Under the pieces are notes generated by a model, which was not told the origin of the DNA, did no database searches, and worked only from the letters and a program-made list of their open reading frames with translations. From positions 720,348 to 784,347 of the forward strand of contig OY970327.1 in assembly GCA_963717365.1 (NCBI GenBank): a DNA stretch of 64,000 nt, given 5' to 3'. This DNA is from Candidatus Saccharimonadia bacterium (GTDB taxonomy: Bacteria; Patescibacteriota; Saccharimonadia; Saccharimonadales; 2-12-FULL-41-12). The translations under genes and the position numbers were made by a program. Positions 12,709-20,376 of this stretch are shown in pieces. Positions within the stretch are counted from its first letter, which is position 1. Each line of letters opens with the position of its first letter.

Positions 12709-13161
12709 TTAAACCGTTCCTATATCCTTGTTATATCGTTTCTTCATATAGTCAGCTCTGATTTTGTTCAGCTCCTGTTGCTGTTTATAAGGGTCTTCAG
12801 CAGTATGCTCAACAATTTGTTTAGCTTTCAGTACCCACTCTTTTTCAATCAAGTCGCCGTCACCGGCCTCTTCCGGAACTGGCACCAGTGCCCGTGAATC
12901 CGGCACCGTCTGCGGAGCCTTCGCTTCTTCGGCTACCTCTGGGTCAAGCGCTGGCAAGGCGGCTGCCGGCTGCACAGAGTCTTGATGATTTTGGCTATCA
13001 TCCTGAATGCCCTCGTTCTGAGCAGGCACGGCCATGGTCGGTGCGGGCTGCCCGGCAGTAGCCGACAAATCCGGATCTGGCGCTAAAACTTGCTGCACCG
13101 AAGGTAACACGCCATTAGGCTCGCTAAATGTAGTTGTAGAATTAGTTTGCGGGTCGTCCAT
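12709..13161 (-). CDS. hypothetical Pro/Ala-rich protein, co-operonic with the ATPase
   Basis: 150-aa ORF ending 10 nt before the ATPase start. Low-complexity N-terminal half, helical C-terminus. Confidence 0.55.
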   Translation of the reverse strand: MDDPQTNSTTTFSEPNGVLPSVQQVLAPDPDLSATAGQPAPTMAVPAQNEGIQDDSQNHQDSVQPAAALPALDPEVAEEAKAPQTVPDSRALVPVPEEAGDGDLIEKEWVLKAKQIVEHTAEDPYKQQQELNKIRADYMKKRYNKDIGTV

Positions 13162-13219
13162 AATTACTACTTAATTATATCAGAGAAACAACCAATATAT
13201 CTGTTTACAGCTAACTGAT

Positions 13220-13585
13220 TTAGAACTTGCTTATATAGACACCCGACACCAACACGATTAAGCCCAGCAATATGCCGTCAATGCCCGATATACCACCCGT
13301 GGATTGTAAAATCATAACTACTGTAGCCATACTGGCTCCCACCAGAGATACCGTCCGTTTTTTGCGCGGCCGCTTAATTAACAGTTTTAAGCCAGCAAAA
13401 ATAGCTTGCAGCGTGCTAAACACAATAAAGAAGAAGAGTATTACCGGTATAACCAGCAGCCCAATACCAACTTCTGTAGGACTAGTAAGTGTCAGAAATA
13501 AGCCAAGGCCCACACTGCAGATCAGCGAAGCAAATATATATCTATGTCTTGTAAGCGTATTCATAACTAATCCGTATTTAATCAC
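13220..13585 (-). CDS. small integral membrane protein (3-4 TM)
   Basis: 121-aa very hydrophobic ORF, first gene of the ATPase operon. Confidence 0.55.
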   Translation of the reverse strand: MIKYGLVMNTLTRHRYIFASLICSVGLGLFLTLTSPTEVGIGLLVIPVILFFFIVFSTLQAIFAGLKLLIKRPRKKRTVSLVGASMATVVMILQSTGGISGIDGILLGLIVLVSGVYISKF

Positions 13586-14131
13586 AATATAATCAAAGTA
13601 ATAATTTTGTAGTGCAATTTTATATAAATAGAGCCCTTAACTTAGAGGGCTCTATTTATATAATTCTAAGGTGCCGTTGGGACGATAAAACCGCTCAATT
13701 AAATTACTTTATAGCGCTTATCGTCCACTTGGCTTTGACTGACCGCTCACTCATGCTTTAGGCAATTGTGAGCGACGATTGGTTATGGTTGAAATCTTTG
13801 TGTTACGGCATTTTTTTACTTTTTGTTTTTACGGTTTACTGTCTACAGCCTACTACGGATATTGATTTTTGTCAATACATATTAGTTGTAATACAAACTA
13901 CATTACAGATAAGGAGATATTAGTAACTACTCGTATAACAGTTGTAATTAGTAGTAATTATAACATCAATAATTTTAGAGAAAAATTCATTATCACGATG
14001 TTCCGGCCGTAATTAATCGCTTAACAAGGCTTTTTAGGCAGCAAAAATACCGCGTATTAACGTCTAGATTTTATATAGATTTAATCTACAAATGAGCACT
14101 TTTATGCGCCAAGCCGCTTTATTCTAAATAC

Positions 14132-14923
14132 CTAATGGGGATGATTAGGTTCACTATTTTGCGCGCTTCCACCTGCCAGAATATATGACAGGTCATGCCT
14201 GCAAATCTCGCATCGGCAATTGTTTTGCATGATTGGCTGGCGCCCGCCAAGCGGCCGAACAACATGGTCTACGATCGCCGACCAGTATGTATATTTTTTC
14301 TGAACGTCAGCTGTACTTACAAATTTTTTAAGTTTACTCGCCAATTTAGCGTCCCAGGCTTCAAGGTTACTCAAGACGTTTTTGCTGCTCACCCACCATT
14401 TACCGTTTATCCTATAGTGTATTTTAAGAATTTCTCCTATATTGGCGTGCATTGAATACAGAGAGGAGGATGGGTCACTCTCCAAAGCCCGTTCAACCTT
14501 ATTATTGGCATGGTAAATCATAAATTGTACAAATTTATGGTCTTTATTGGTATATTTTTTGGGTTTGATACCCTGCACTCTTCTTTGCAAGGCTGTTAGT
14601 TGGCCAGTTTTATCAAATACTAGTACGGCACGAGCCAAATTAGGCTCTCGCTCGCCACTAAGAATCTCTTCCTCGGTAAATTCCTCAATTTGTTTCATCG
14701 AACGGAAAGTAATATCCAACTTATAGTCATCAAATCCCGGGTGGTTAATGTTTTCGCACAAATTATCGGCGTCAACAATTACCTTCACGTCTAGGTCGCT
14801 GTGCTGGTTACTCGTGCCTTCAGCGACCGATCCGAAGATAAATGCGGCTTGGTAACGAGGCCGGGTGCGTAGCGACGCAATGGCTGCATAGGCGCGGGTA
14901 AATCGTGGCTCTAAAGTATCCAT
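14132..14923 (-). CDS. Pol-beta-superfamily nucleotidyltransferase (ANT/Lnu-like antibiotic nucleotidyltransferase fold)
   Basis: FGSVAEGTSNQHSDLDVKVIV is the GS-x(n)-D-x-D nucleotidyltransferase motif near the N-terminus. The 263-aa length and motif spacing resemble lincosamide (LnuB) and aminoglycoside nucleotidyltransferases. Stand-alone gene. Confidence 0.6.
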   Translation of the reverse strand: MDTLEPRFTRAYAAIASLRTRPRYQAAFIFGSVAEGTSNQHSDLDVKVIVDADNLCENINHPGFDDYKLDITFRSMKQIEEFTEEEILSGEREPNLARAVLVFDKTGQLTALQRRVQGIKPKKYTNKDHKFVQFMIYHANNKVERALESDPSSSLYSMHANIGEILKIHYRINGKWWVSSKNVLSNLEAWDAKLASKLKKFVSTADVQKKYTYWSAIVDHVVRPLGGRQPIMQNNCRCEICRHDLSYILAGGSAQNSEPNHPH

Positions 14924-15024
14924 TGATTGTTATTATATCGCGTTGAAGACAAAAATTATGTAGATTATGTAAGAAATTTTACTGCCTATAAAAAAGTTAT
15001 ACACATAATATAAGCAAAAACATA

Positions 15025-15053
15025 TTGACACTGTTAAACGCTGTGTATAAGAT
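15025..15053 (+). promoter_or_regulatory. sigma70-like promoter TTGACA-17-TAAGAT
   Basis: ttgaca at 15025-15030, 17-nt spacer, taagat at 15048-15053. Predicted TSS ~15060. Confidence 0.5.
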
Positions 15054-15059
15054 GTGTAT

Positions 15060-15211
15060 AGCACTTGAGTAAATTAAGTGCTCAAAAACAAAAACGTCTC
15101 TATAACAACGGCTTCTCGCAAGCCGTTGTTCCATACACAGTATGGGACGACGTTAAAAACAAAGTAACAAAAAATTACTTAAGCAGCCCGCCAAAAGGGC
15201 TGCTTTTTTTA
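15060..15211 (+). ncRNA. candidate ~150-nt structured small RNA or leader (three hairpins, own promoter and terminator), class unknown
   Basis: Hairpins gcacttgagtaaattaagtgc and aacaacggctt-ctcgc-aagccgttgtt (perfect 11-bp stem), then the terminator. The only ORF here (15065-15262) has no homology or RBS support. Confidence 0.4.
15182..15211 (+). terminator. rho-independent terminator
   Basis: agcagccc-gccaaaa-gggctgct followed by ttttttt. Confidence 0.7.
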
Positions 15212-15286
15212 TTACCCGAATCGGCCAGTTTGTCTTCAAATTCGGCTTTCATAATTTGTTAACAACTAGTTGCTACAGTACCGCGT

Positions 15287-16804
15287 ATGGCGGGAATTAA
15301 GAGCATTATTGAACACGGCAATGACGGTCTGATTATTACTATTGAGTGTCATATATCTAATTCCCTGCCAAATATTGTTGTGGTTGGTTTTGCCAACCGG
15401 TCAATTGATGAAGCGCGCGAGCGTATACGTGGCGCGCTGGCAAGCAGCAAGATACCTATTCCTCGTAAACGCATAACGCTTAACTTGGCGCCAGCTGATA
15501 TCCCTAAAGAAGGTTCTGGCTTTGACTTGCCAATGCTGCTGGCGATACTGGCCAGTTCCGGCATGATCAGATTGCCACCCGATGATAAAACCGTAGTCAT
15601 GGGCGAAGTTGGCCTAGACGGCTCAATTCGTCCCATCAGGGGTATTATCGGTAAAATTCTGGCTGCTCGGCGGAATGGCATGACCACCTGCTGGATTCCG
15701 GCTGAAAACATGGCCCAGGCCAGCCTGGTACCAAATATCACGCTATACCCGTTTGCTAGCGTTAGCCAGCTCTACGCTCAACTCAATCTGGAAAAAATGC
15801 CGTCGGCACCGGTAGAAACATGCTTGTTCCAAGTAAAATCAGGTAACAAGCAGCCTAGTCGAGAACCGGGCATAGATATAGATGACGTTATTGGCCAACA
15901 TGCCGCCAAGCGGGCACTGCTTGTGGCGGCCGCTGGGCACCATAATATACTGTTAAACGGGCCACCGGGCACTGGCAAAAGTATGCTGGCCCAGACGCTT
16001 CCCGGTATAATGCCCAGTCTCACTAGCCAGGAGTTGCTCGAGGTTACGCATTTGCATAGCCTCGCCAGCAAGAAGTTTGATGAAATCGTGACACGGCGGC
16101 CGTTCCGGGCACCGCACCACAGCGCCAGCAGCATGGCATTGCTGGGTGGCGGTGCCCGTCCGCGGCCAGGTGAAATCAGTCTTAGCCATCACGGCATATT
16201 ATTTCTTGATGAATTTCCCGAATTCAGCCAATCTGTCATCGAGGCACTGCGGCAGCCACTTGAGGATCATACTATCTCTATAGTCAGAGCCAGAGACTCT
16301 ATAACCTTTCCCGCGCATTTCCTGCTTGCCGCTACTGCCAACCCCTGTCCCTGCGGCCTGTATGGTAGTGTCCGCCCCTGTATTTGCTTGCCATTCCAGA
16401 GAGTTCGCTATCAAAAAAAGTTATCCGGGCCCATCATAGACCGAATTGATATCTATATAGACGTTGCAGAAGTTGCCCATGACCAGCTGCTTGCTCCCCA
16501 AACCGGCAAACGAACAGCGGCCGATATGAAAAAACAGGTAGCGGCTGCCCGCCATATTCAGTTGCGCCGGACAGGAAAGCTAAACAGCCAACTCAGCAAC
16601 GCTGACCTTAAACGCACCGCGCATCTTCAGCCCCAAGCCACTGCCCTCTTAAATCGAGCGGCCAGCCAGCTACAGCTGTCAGCCCGCGGTTATATTCGCT
16701 CGCTGCGGGTAGCCCGCACCATCGCGGACCTGGAAGCCAGCTCTGTTATCACCAGCAGCCACATCAGTGAAGCTATTCAGTATCGCAAGAAACCGAGTGC
16801 TTAA
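15287..16804 (+). CDS. comM: ComM/YifB-family Mg-chelatase-like AAA+ ATPase
   Basis: N-terminal Lon-protease-like domain followed by AAA+ core (ILLNGPPGTGKSMLA, Walker B LFLDEFPEF) and C-terminal Mg_chelatase_C region. 505 aa. Confidence 0.85.
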   Translation: MAGIKSIIEHGNDGLIITIECHISNSLPNIVVVGFANRSIDEARERIRGALASSKIPIPRKRITLNLAPADIPKEGSGFDLPMLLAILASSGMIRLPPDDKTVVMGEVGLDGSIRPIRGIIGKILAARRNGMTTCWIPAENMAQASLVPNITLYPFASVSQLYAQLNLEKMPSAPVETCLFQVKSGNKQPSREPGIDIDDVIGQHAAKRALLVAAAGHHNILLNGPPGTGKSMLAQTLPGIMPSLTSQELLEVTHLHSLASKKFDEIVTRRPFRAPHHSASSMALLGGGARPRPGEISLSHHGILFLDEFPEFSQSVIEALRQPLEDHTISIVRARDSITFPAHFLLAATANPCPCGLYGSVRPCICLPFQRVRYQKKLSGPIIDRIDIYIDVAEVAHDQLLAPQTGKRTAADMKKQVAAARHIQLRRTGKLNSQLSNADLKRTAHLQPQATALLNRAASQLQLSARGYIRSLRVARTIADLEASSVITSSHISEAIQYRKKPSA

Positions 16805-16805
16805 G

Positions 16806-16834
16806 TTGACCTCTGTTACCTAAGCTGTTATAAT
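16806..16834 (+). promoter_or_regulatory. sigma70-like promoter TTGACC-17-TATAAT upstream of infC
   Basis: ttgacc at 16806-16811, 17-nt spacer, tataat at 16829-16834. Confidence 0.45.
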
Positions 16835-16892
16835 TCCAAGCCGTATAACTTCATAAATATCTAAGGAGCAGTCAATTAGTAAAGCAACCCGC

Positions 16893-17405
16893 TTGAATCA
16901 TATGATTCGAGCAACCAGCCTCCGGGTTATCGATGAGGACGGCACCCAAATCGGCGTGTTATCGCGCAATGAAGCCCTGCAGCTGGCCGAAGACCGCGAA
17001 CTTGATCTGGTGGAAATCTCACCAGAAGCAAATCCGCCAGTAGCTAAAATTGTCGACTGGGGTAAGTACAACTACCAGAAGACAAAGCAGCTCCAGAAGA
17101 GCAAGCGTCACGCCAAAGCCCTCGAGGTAAAGCAAATGCGCTTCGGCCTCAAGATCAGTGACCACGATCTTGGCACCAAACTCAATAAAGTCAGAGGCTT
17201 TTTAGAGAACGGGCACAAAGTAAAACTGGTAATTTTCTACCGCGGCCGCGAACTGGCCCATAAAGAAATCGGTTTTACCTTAGCCAACAAAGTCATCGAA
17301 CAGTTTGGAGACGATATCGCCGTCGACCAACCGCCCCAACTAGCAGGTAAGCAACTAATTTTCGTCATAAGGAGTACTCATAATGCCAAAGTTAAAAACC
17401 CATAG
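16893..17405 (+). CDS. infC: translation initiation factor IF-3
   Basis: IRATSLRVIDEDGTQIGVLSRNEALQLAEDRELDLVEISPEANPPVAKIVDWGKYNYQ matches IF-3 N- and C-domains. The true start may be the ATT or ATG a few codons into the ORF, as IF-3 often uses AUU. Confidence 0.9.
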   Translation: MNHMIRATSLRVIDEDGTQIGVLSRNEALQLAEDRELDLVEISPEANPPVAKIVDWGKYNYQKTKQLQKSKRHAKALEVKQMRFGLKISDHDLGTKLNKVRGFLENGHKVKLVIFYRGRELAHKEIGFTLANKVIEQFGDDIAVDQPPQLAGKQLIFVIRSTHNAKVKNP

Positions 17406-17580
17406 TGGAACTAAAGACCGTATCAGAATCACAAAAAACGGTAAAGTGCAGCGCCGCCATACCGCCATTAATCACTTTTTAAAGAAGAAAAGTGCCTCAA
17501 CCAAGCGAACCTTCTCTGGCGTTGAGGAAGTAACCGGCAAAAACGCCCGGAACCTAAAACGAAAGCTAGGAGTATCTTAA
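17383..17580 (+). CDS. rpmI: 50S ribosomal protein L35
   Basis: MPKLKTHSGTKDRIRITKNGKVQRRH... is canonical L35 (65 aa). Overlaps the infC end. Confidence 0.9.
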   Translation: MPKLKTHSGTKDRIRITKNGKVQRRHTAINHFLKKKSASTKRTFSGVEEVTGKNARNLKRKLGVS

Positions 17581-17581
17581 A

Positions 17582-17926
17582 ATGCGTGTTAAACGAGGCG
17601 TCACCACCCGTGCCCGCCATAATAAAATCCGTAAAGCCACTAAAGGCTTCACCCGCTCAAACCGATCAAGCATCAAACGCGGCAAACAGGCTCTAACCAA
17701 AGCTTTGGTCAACGCTACTCGCGACCGAAAAGATCGCAAGCGAACTTTTCGCGCCCTCTGGACCACCCGCATCAATGCGGCTGCCCGCTTAAATGGCACC
17801 ACCTATAGCCGCTTAATTGCCGGTCTTAAGAAGAATAACGTCACCTTAGACCGCAAAATCTTAAGCGAACTAGCCGTCAACGAACCCAAAGCCTTCGCCG
17901 AAGTCGTCAAAACCGCCAGCAAATAA
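17582..17926 (+). CDS. rplT: 50S ribosomal protein L20
   Basis: MRVKRGVTTRARHNKIRKATKGF...RTFRALWTTRINAAARLNGTTYSRLIAGLKK is canonical L20. Confidence 0.9.
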   Translation: MRVKRGVTTRARHNKIRKATKGFTRSNRSSIKRGKQALTKALVNATRDRKDRKRTFRALWTTRINAAARLNGTTYSRLIAGLKKNNVTLDRKILSELAVNEPKAFAEVVKTASK

Positions 17927-18018
17927 CCGCCGCCAGCTATTACCTAAAAGGTCCATTCATTCGCACGGGACTTTTACTACTTAATACCTTGTTATTTATC
18001 TTTACTAGACCTATAAAA

Positions 18019-18067
18019 GTACTATACGTCGAGTTCATTAAATTTTAATGAACTCGACGTATAGTAC
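18019..18067. repeat. 49-bp perfect palindrome, archetype of a REP-like intergenic repeat family
   Basis: gtactatacgtcgagttcattaaa t tttaatgaactcgacgtatagtac has 24-bp arms that are perfectly complementary. Located 93 nt after the rplT stop. Confidence 0.85.
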
Positions 18068-18131
18068 GCAGAACTACGTACCGCTTCTTTACATATTCTA
18101 TTCTTAACTATGCAAGCTGGTCTTGAAAATT

Positions 18132-18158
18132 AAAAAACCTTCATACCGAAGGTTTTTT
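18132..18158. terminator. bidirectional intrinsic terminator shared by convergent rplT operon (+) and rnpB (-)
   Basis: aaaaaa-ccttc-atac-cgaagg-tttttt: stem flanked by an A-run on one side and a T-run on the other, so a U-tract follows the hairpin on either strand. Confidence 0.7.
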
Positions 18159-18159
18159 A

Positions 18160-18535
18160 AGGTGTCAGATTATGTATAAGCCGGGTTCTGTACACTAGCC
18201 AAAGGCTAATGTGCTGATCATCTATCTAGTCATGCCGTTGCCGGCACAATCAAGCGGATCTTATAACGAGCCTTCGGTGGGAACCTATTGAAGACACATT
18301 TCCTTGCAACAGACAGGGTTTACCTCCCTCAGCGGTCACCCGCAAAGGCTGTGAGCTCTTACCTCACTCGTTTCATCCTTACCGATCCAAGGTAAACCTT
18401 GAAAAGGCGGTATAGTTTCTGTGGCACTTTCCCTAAGGTTGCCCTTGGTCGCCATTAACGACTGTCCTTCCCTATGCTGCCCGGACTTTCCTCGTATGTC
18501 GTAAAACACACGCGATCAGCCGATAATCTGACCTT
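18160..18535 (-). ncRNA. rnpB: RNase P RNA (bacterial type), M1 RNA
   Basis: Minus strand carries GGAAAGUCCGGGC (complement of plus 18479-18491) ~45 nt from the predicted 5' end. ACAGAACCCGGCUUA (complement of plus 18177-18191) lies ~290 nt downstream, matching the universally conserved P4 strands and their spacing. 5' (GGUCAGAUUAU) and 3' (AUAAUCUGACACC) ends can pair as P1. The region is ORF-free and GC-richer than its surroundings. Confidence 0.88.
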
Positions 18536-18626
18536 ATTATTATATCATCCGGGCAACTAAGCACTATTCGATCGTTCTATATTCCTAAGTTCAACAAGTA
18601 AGTGGACAAACTGCAAGGGTAATTTT

Positions 18627-19298
18627 CTAATGAGCGTCGAGACATTCGTTGACCATCGAATCTGCCAAAGCATTCATAGCTCGTGGCACATGGGCTAGCG
18701 TTACATGTTCAAATTGCGGAATCAGCTTGCGGATTGCCGTATGGTGTGGCACTAACTCAGCATTTTTGAGCTTCCAAATTCCCTGTACCTGATTAATCAC
18801 CAGTAGGCTATCCATATACACTTCAAGTTCTTTGATGCCTAGGGCCAAGGCTGCTTCAAGCCCTACCAGTAGACCCTTGTATTCAGCTTGGTTATTAGTG
18901 GTAACTCCTAAATAAGAACTTGACTTTTTTACAACGTTATCTTCCATATCATAGATAACATACCCAAGTGCGGATGGACCTGGATTACCTCGGGAGCCCC
19001 CGTCGGTAAACAATTTCGCCTTAGTTATAGCCGACACTGGTACTTCCTTAAAATTATCAATCAACGATATTTGATCAACGCGGTCAGCAAAATCCTGATC
19101 CTTATCAGTAACTGTGTCGCCGGCATCATGTGAAGTCAGCCACAGCTCCACAACATTATACATATTGGTTATCTTGGGATGATGATTCAGCTCACGTGCA
19201 ATCTGAGCCACCTTTTCTACAAACTCAAAGGCAGCATCAAAGTTCTTGAACTCAAATTTTCGATACAGCGAATTGTCTATTGTTTGCCACATACTCAA
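18627..19298 (-). CDS. rnhA: fusion protein: N-terminal DCoH/pterin-4a-carbinolamine-dehydratase-like domain + C-terminal ribonuclease HI
   Basis: The first ~75 aa (FKNFDAAFEFVEKVAQIARELNHHPKITNMYNVVELWLTSHD) match the PCD/DCoH fold signature. The remainder (LFTDGGSRGNPGPSALGYVIY...NNQAEYKGLLVGLEAAL...VYMDSLLVINQ) matches RNase HI with DEDD catalytic residues. Confidence 0.75.
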   Translation of the reverse strand: MSMWQTIDNSLYRKFEFKNFDAAFEFVEKVAQIARELNHHPKITNMYNVVELWLTSHDAGDTVTDKDQDFADRVDQISLIDNFKEVPVSAITKAKLFTDGGSRGNPGPSALGYVIYDMEDNVVKKSSSYLGVTTNNQAEYKGLLVGLEAALALGIKELEVYMDSLLVINQVQGIWKLKNAELVPHHTAIRKLIPQFEHVTLAHVPRAMNALADSMVNECLDAH

Positions 19299-19309
19299 CC
19301 TAGTGTACC

Positions 19310-20287
19310 TTATGCAGCGAGGGAGCCGTCAATTTTATTGACGTGAGGAGTCTTCAAGATAAGATTTCGCTCTGTGCGACGCTCCAACACCTTAAGCGAA
19401 TCATTAAAATAGATTTTAGTCCCCGGCACATAGACATGACTCAGATTCTGCGCAAAGAATACACCCTTATTCTTGGAGTCGTAGGCGTTTTCACCTCTTC
19501 GCGAGCTGGCTAGACCTTGCCTAACTGCTTTGCCCGTCGTCTCGGCAGTCCTCTGGTCAATATCAACTACCGCGCAGCGGTCGCAAGCCTTTACTACAAA
19601 CGCCGATAGCTGGCCAATCTGTACTTTCAGCCAGAAATCCTCGTCGTAAGGTTCCAAATACTCTCCATCTACAACTATATTAGGACGAAATCGATCCATT
19701 TCCACCGCTTGATCGATATCAGCATTTAATTGTGCGAGTGATGTATTTGAAGCCAAAAGTATTGCATGAGCATAGGCAAATCCAACTTTATTCGAAACTC
19801 CTTCTTTTTGATACAACTCACCGATATTTCGTGGCTTGTCCTCACGAACTTTTATAAGACGGTAAGCCTGACTATCCTTATATCGGGATAGACAATCTGT
19901 AAACCAGGCGTTGACTTCATCGCTAACAATCTGGCCGCACACCGGTTTTTTATTCAGCGCTGTCCACATTAGTCTGTCATTATCTGGTTCCATCTGTAAT
20001 GGAAATTCAAGGTCATCAATACCCGGCGCGCTCAGTGTCAGTGCGCTGTGGCCTATTTTAGGTACAATCAGTGCCAGTTCCGGAATCTGCTGCTGAGTCA
20101 CATAGTTGCCATTATCATCAACCAGCATGTAATCTCGATCGTGCTTTATCCCCCGCGGCGTGATCTCAGCCTCTTCAAGCCGCACGCCGGCGCAAGATTT
20201 TATCGGATAGGTATATAAACCCATCACATCAATATATATTGGCTCGCTCACCGCGGCGTCAGCATCATAAATAGGGTCATATTCCAT
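19310..20287 (-). CDS. MOSC domain protein (MOSC_N beta-barrel + MOSC)
   Basis: YPIKSCAG near the N-terminus (MOSC_N). The C-terminal MOSC-like region has a conserved Cys (VVKACDRCAVVDID). Confidence 0.7.
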   Translation of the reverse strand: MEYDPIYDADAAVSEPIYIDVMGLYTYPIKSCAGVRLEEAEITPRGIKHDRDYMLVDDNGNYVTQQQIPELALIVPKIGHSALTLSAPGIDDLEFPLQMEPDNDRLMWTALNKKPVCGQIVSDEVNAWFTDCLSRYKDSQAYRLIKVREDKPRNIGELYQKEGVSNKVGFAYAHAILLASNTSLAQLNADIDQAVEMDRFRPNIVVDGEYLEPYDEDFWLKVQIGQLSAFVVKACDRCAVVDIDQRTAETTGKAVRQGLASSRRGENAYDSKNKGVFFAQNLSHVYVPGTKIYFNDSLKVLERRTERNLILKTPHVNKIDGSLAA

Positions 20288-20376
20288 TAATTTACTGTAT
20301 CATAAATAGCAAATAATGCAAATTAAACAAGTGCGACGAATGAGCCTGTTTTGCAATTACTTATCTGGGTTTTTCT

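Noticed and set aside
14132-14923. CBASS CD-NTase interpretation of the nucleotidyltransferase
   Set aside because: Only 263 aa, no adjacent effector, Cap or TM gene, and the motif spacing fits ANT/Lnu-type enzymes better.
15065-15262. 65-aa ORF as a protein-coding gene
   Set aside because: No RBS or homology. The segment is fully explained by a promoter, two hairpins and a terminator (RNA feature).
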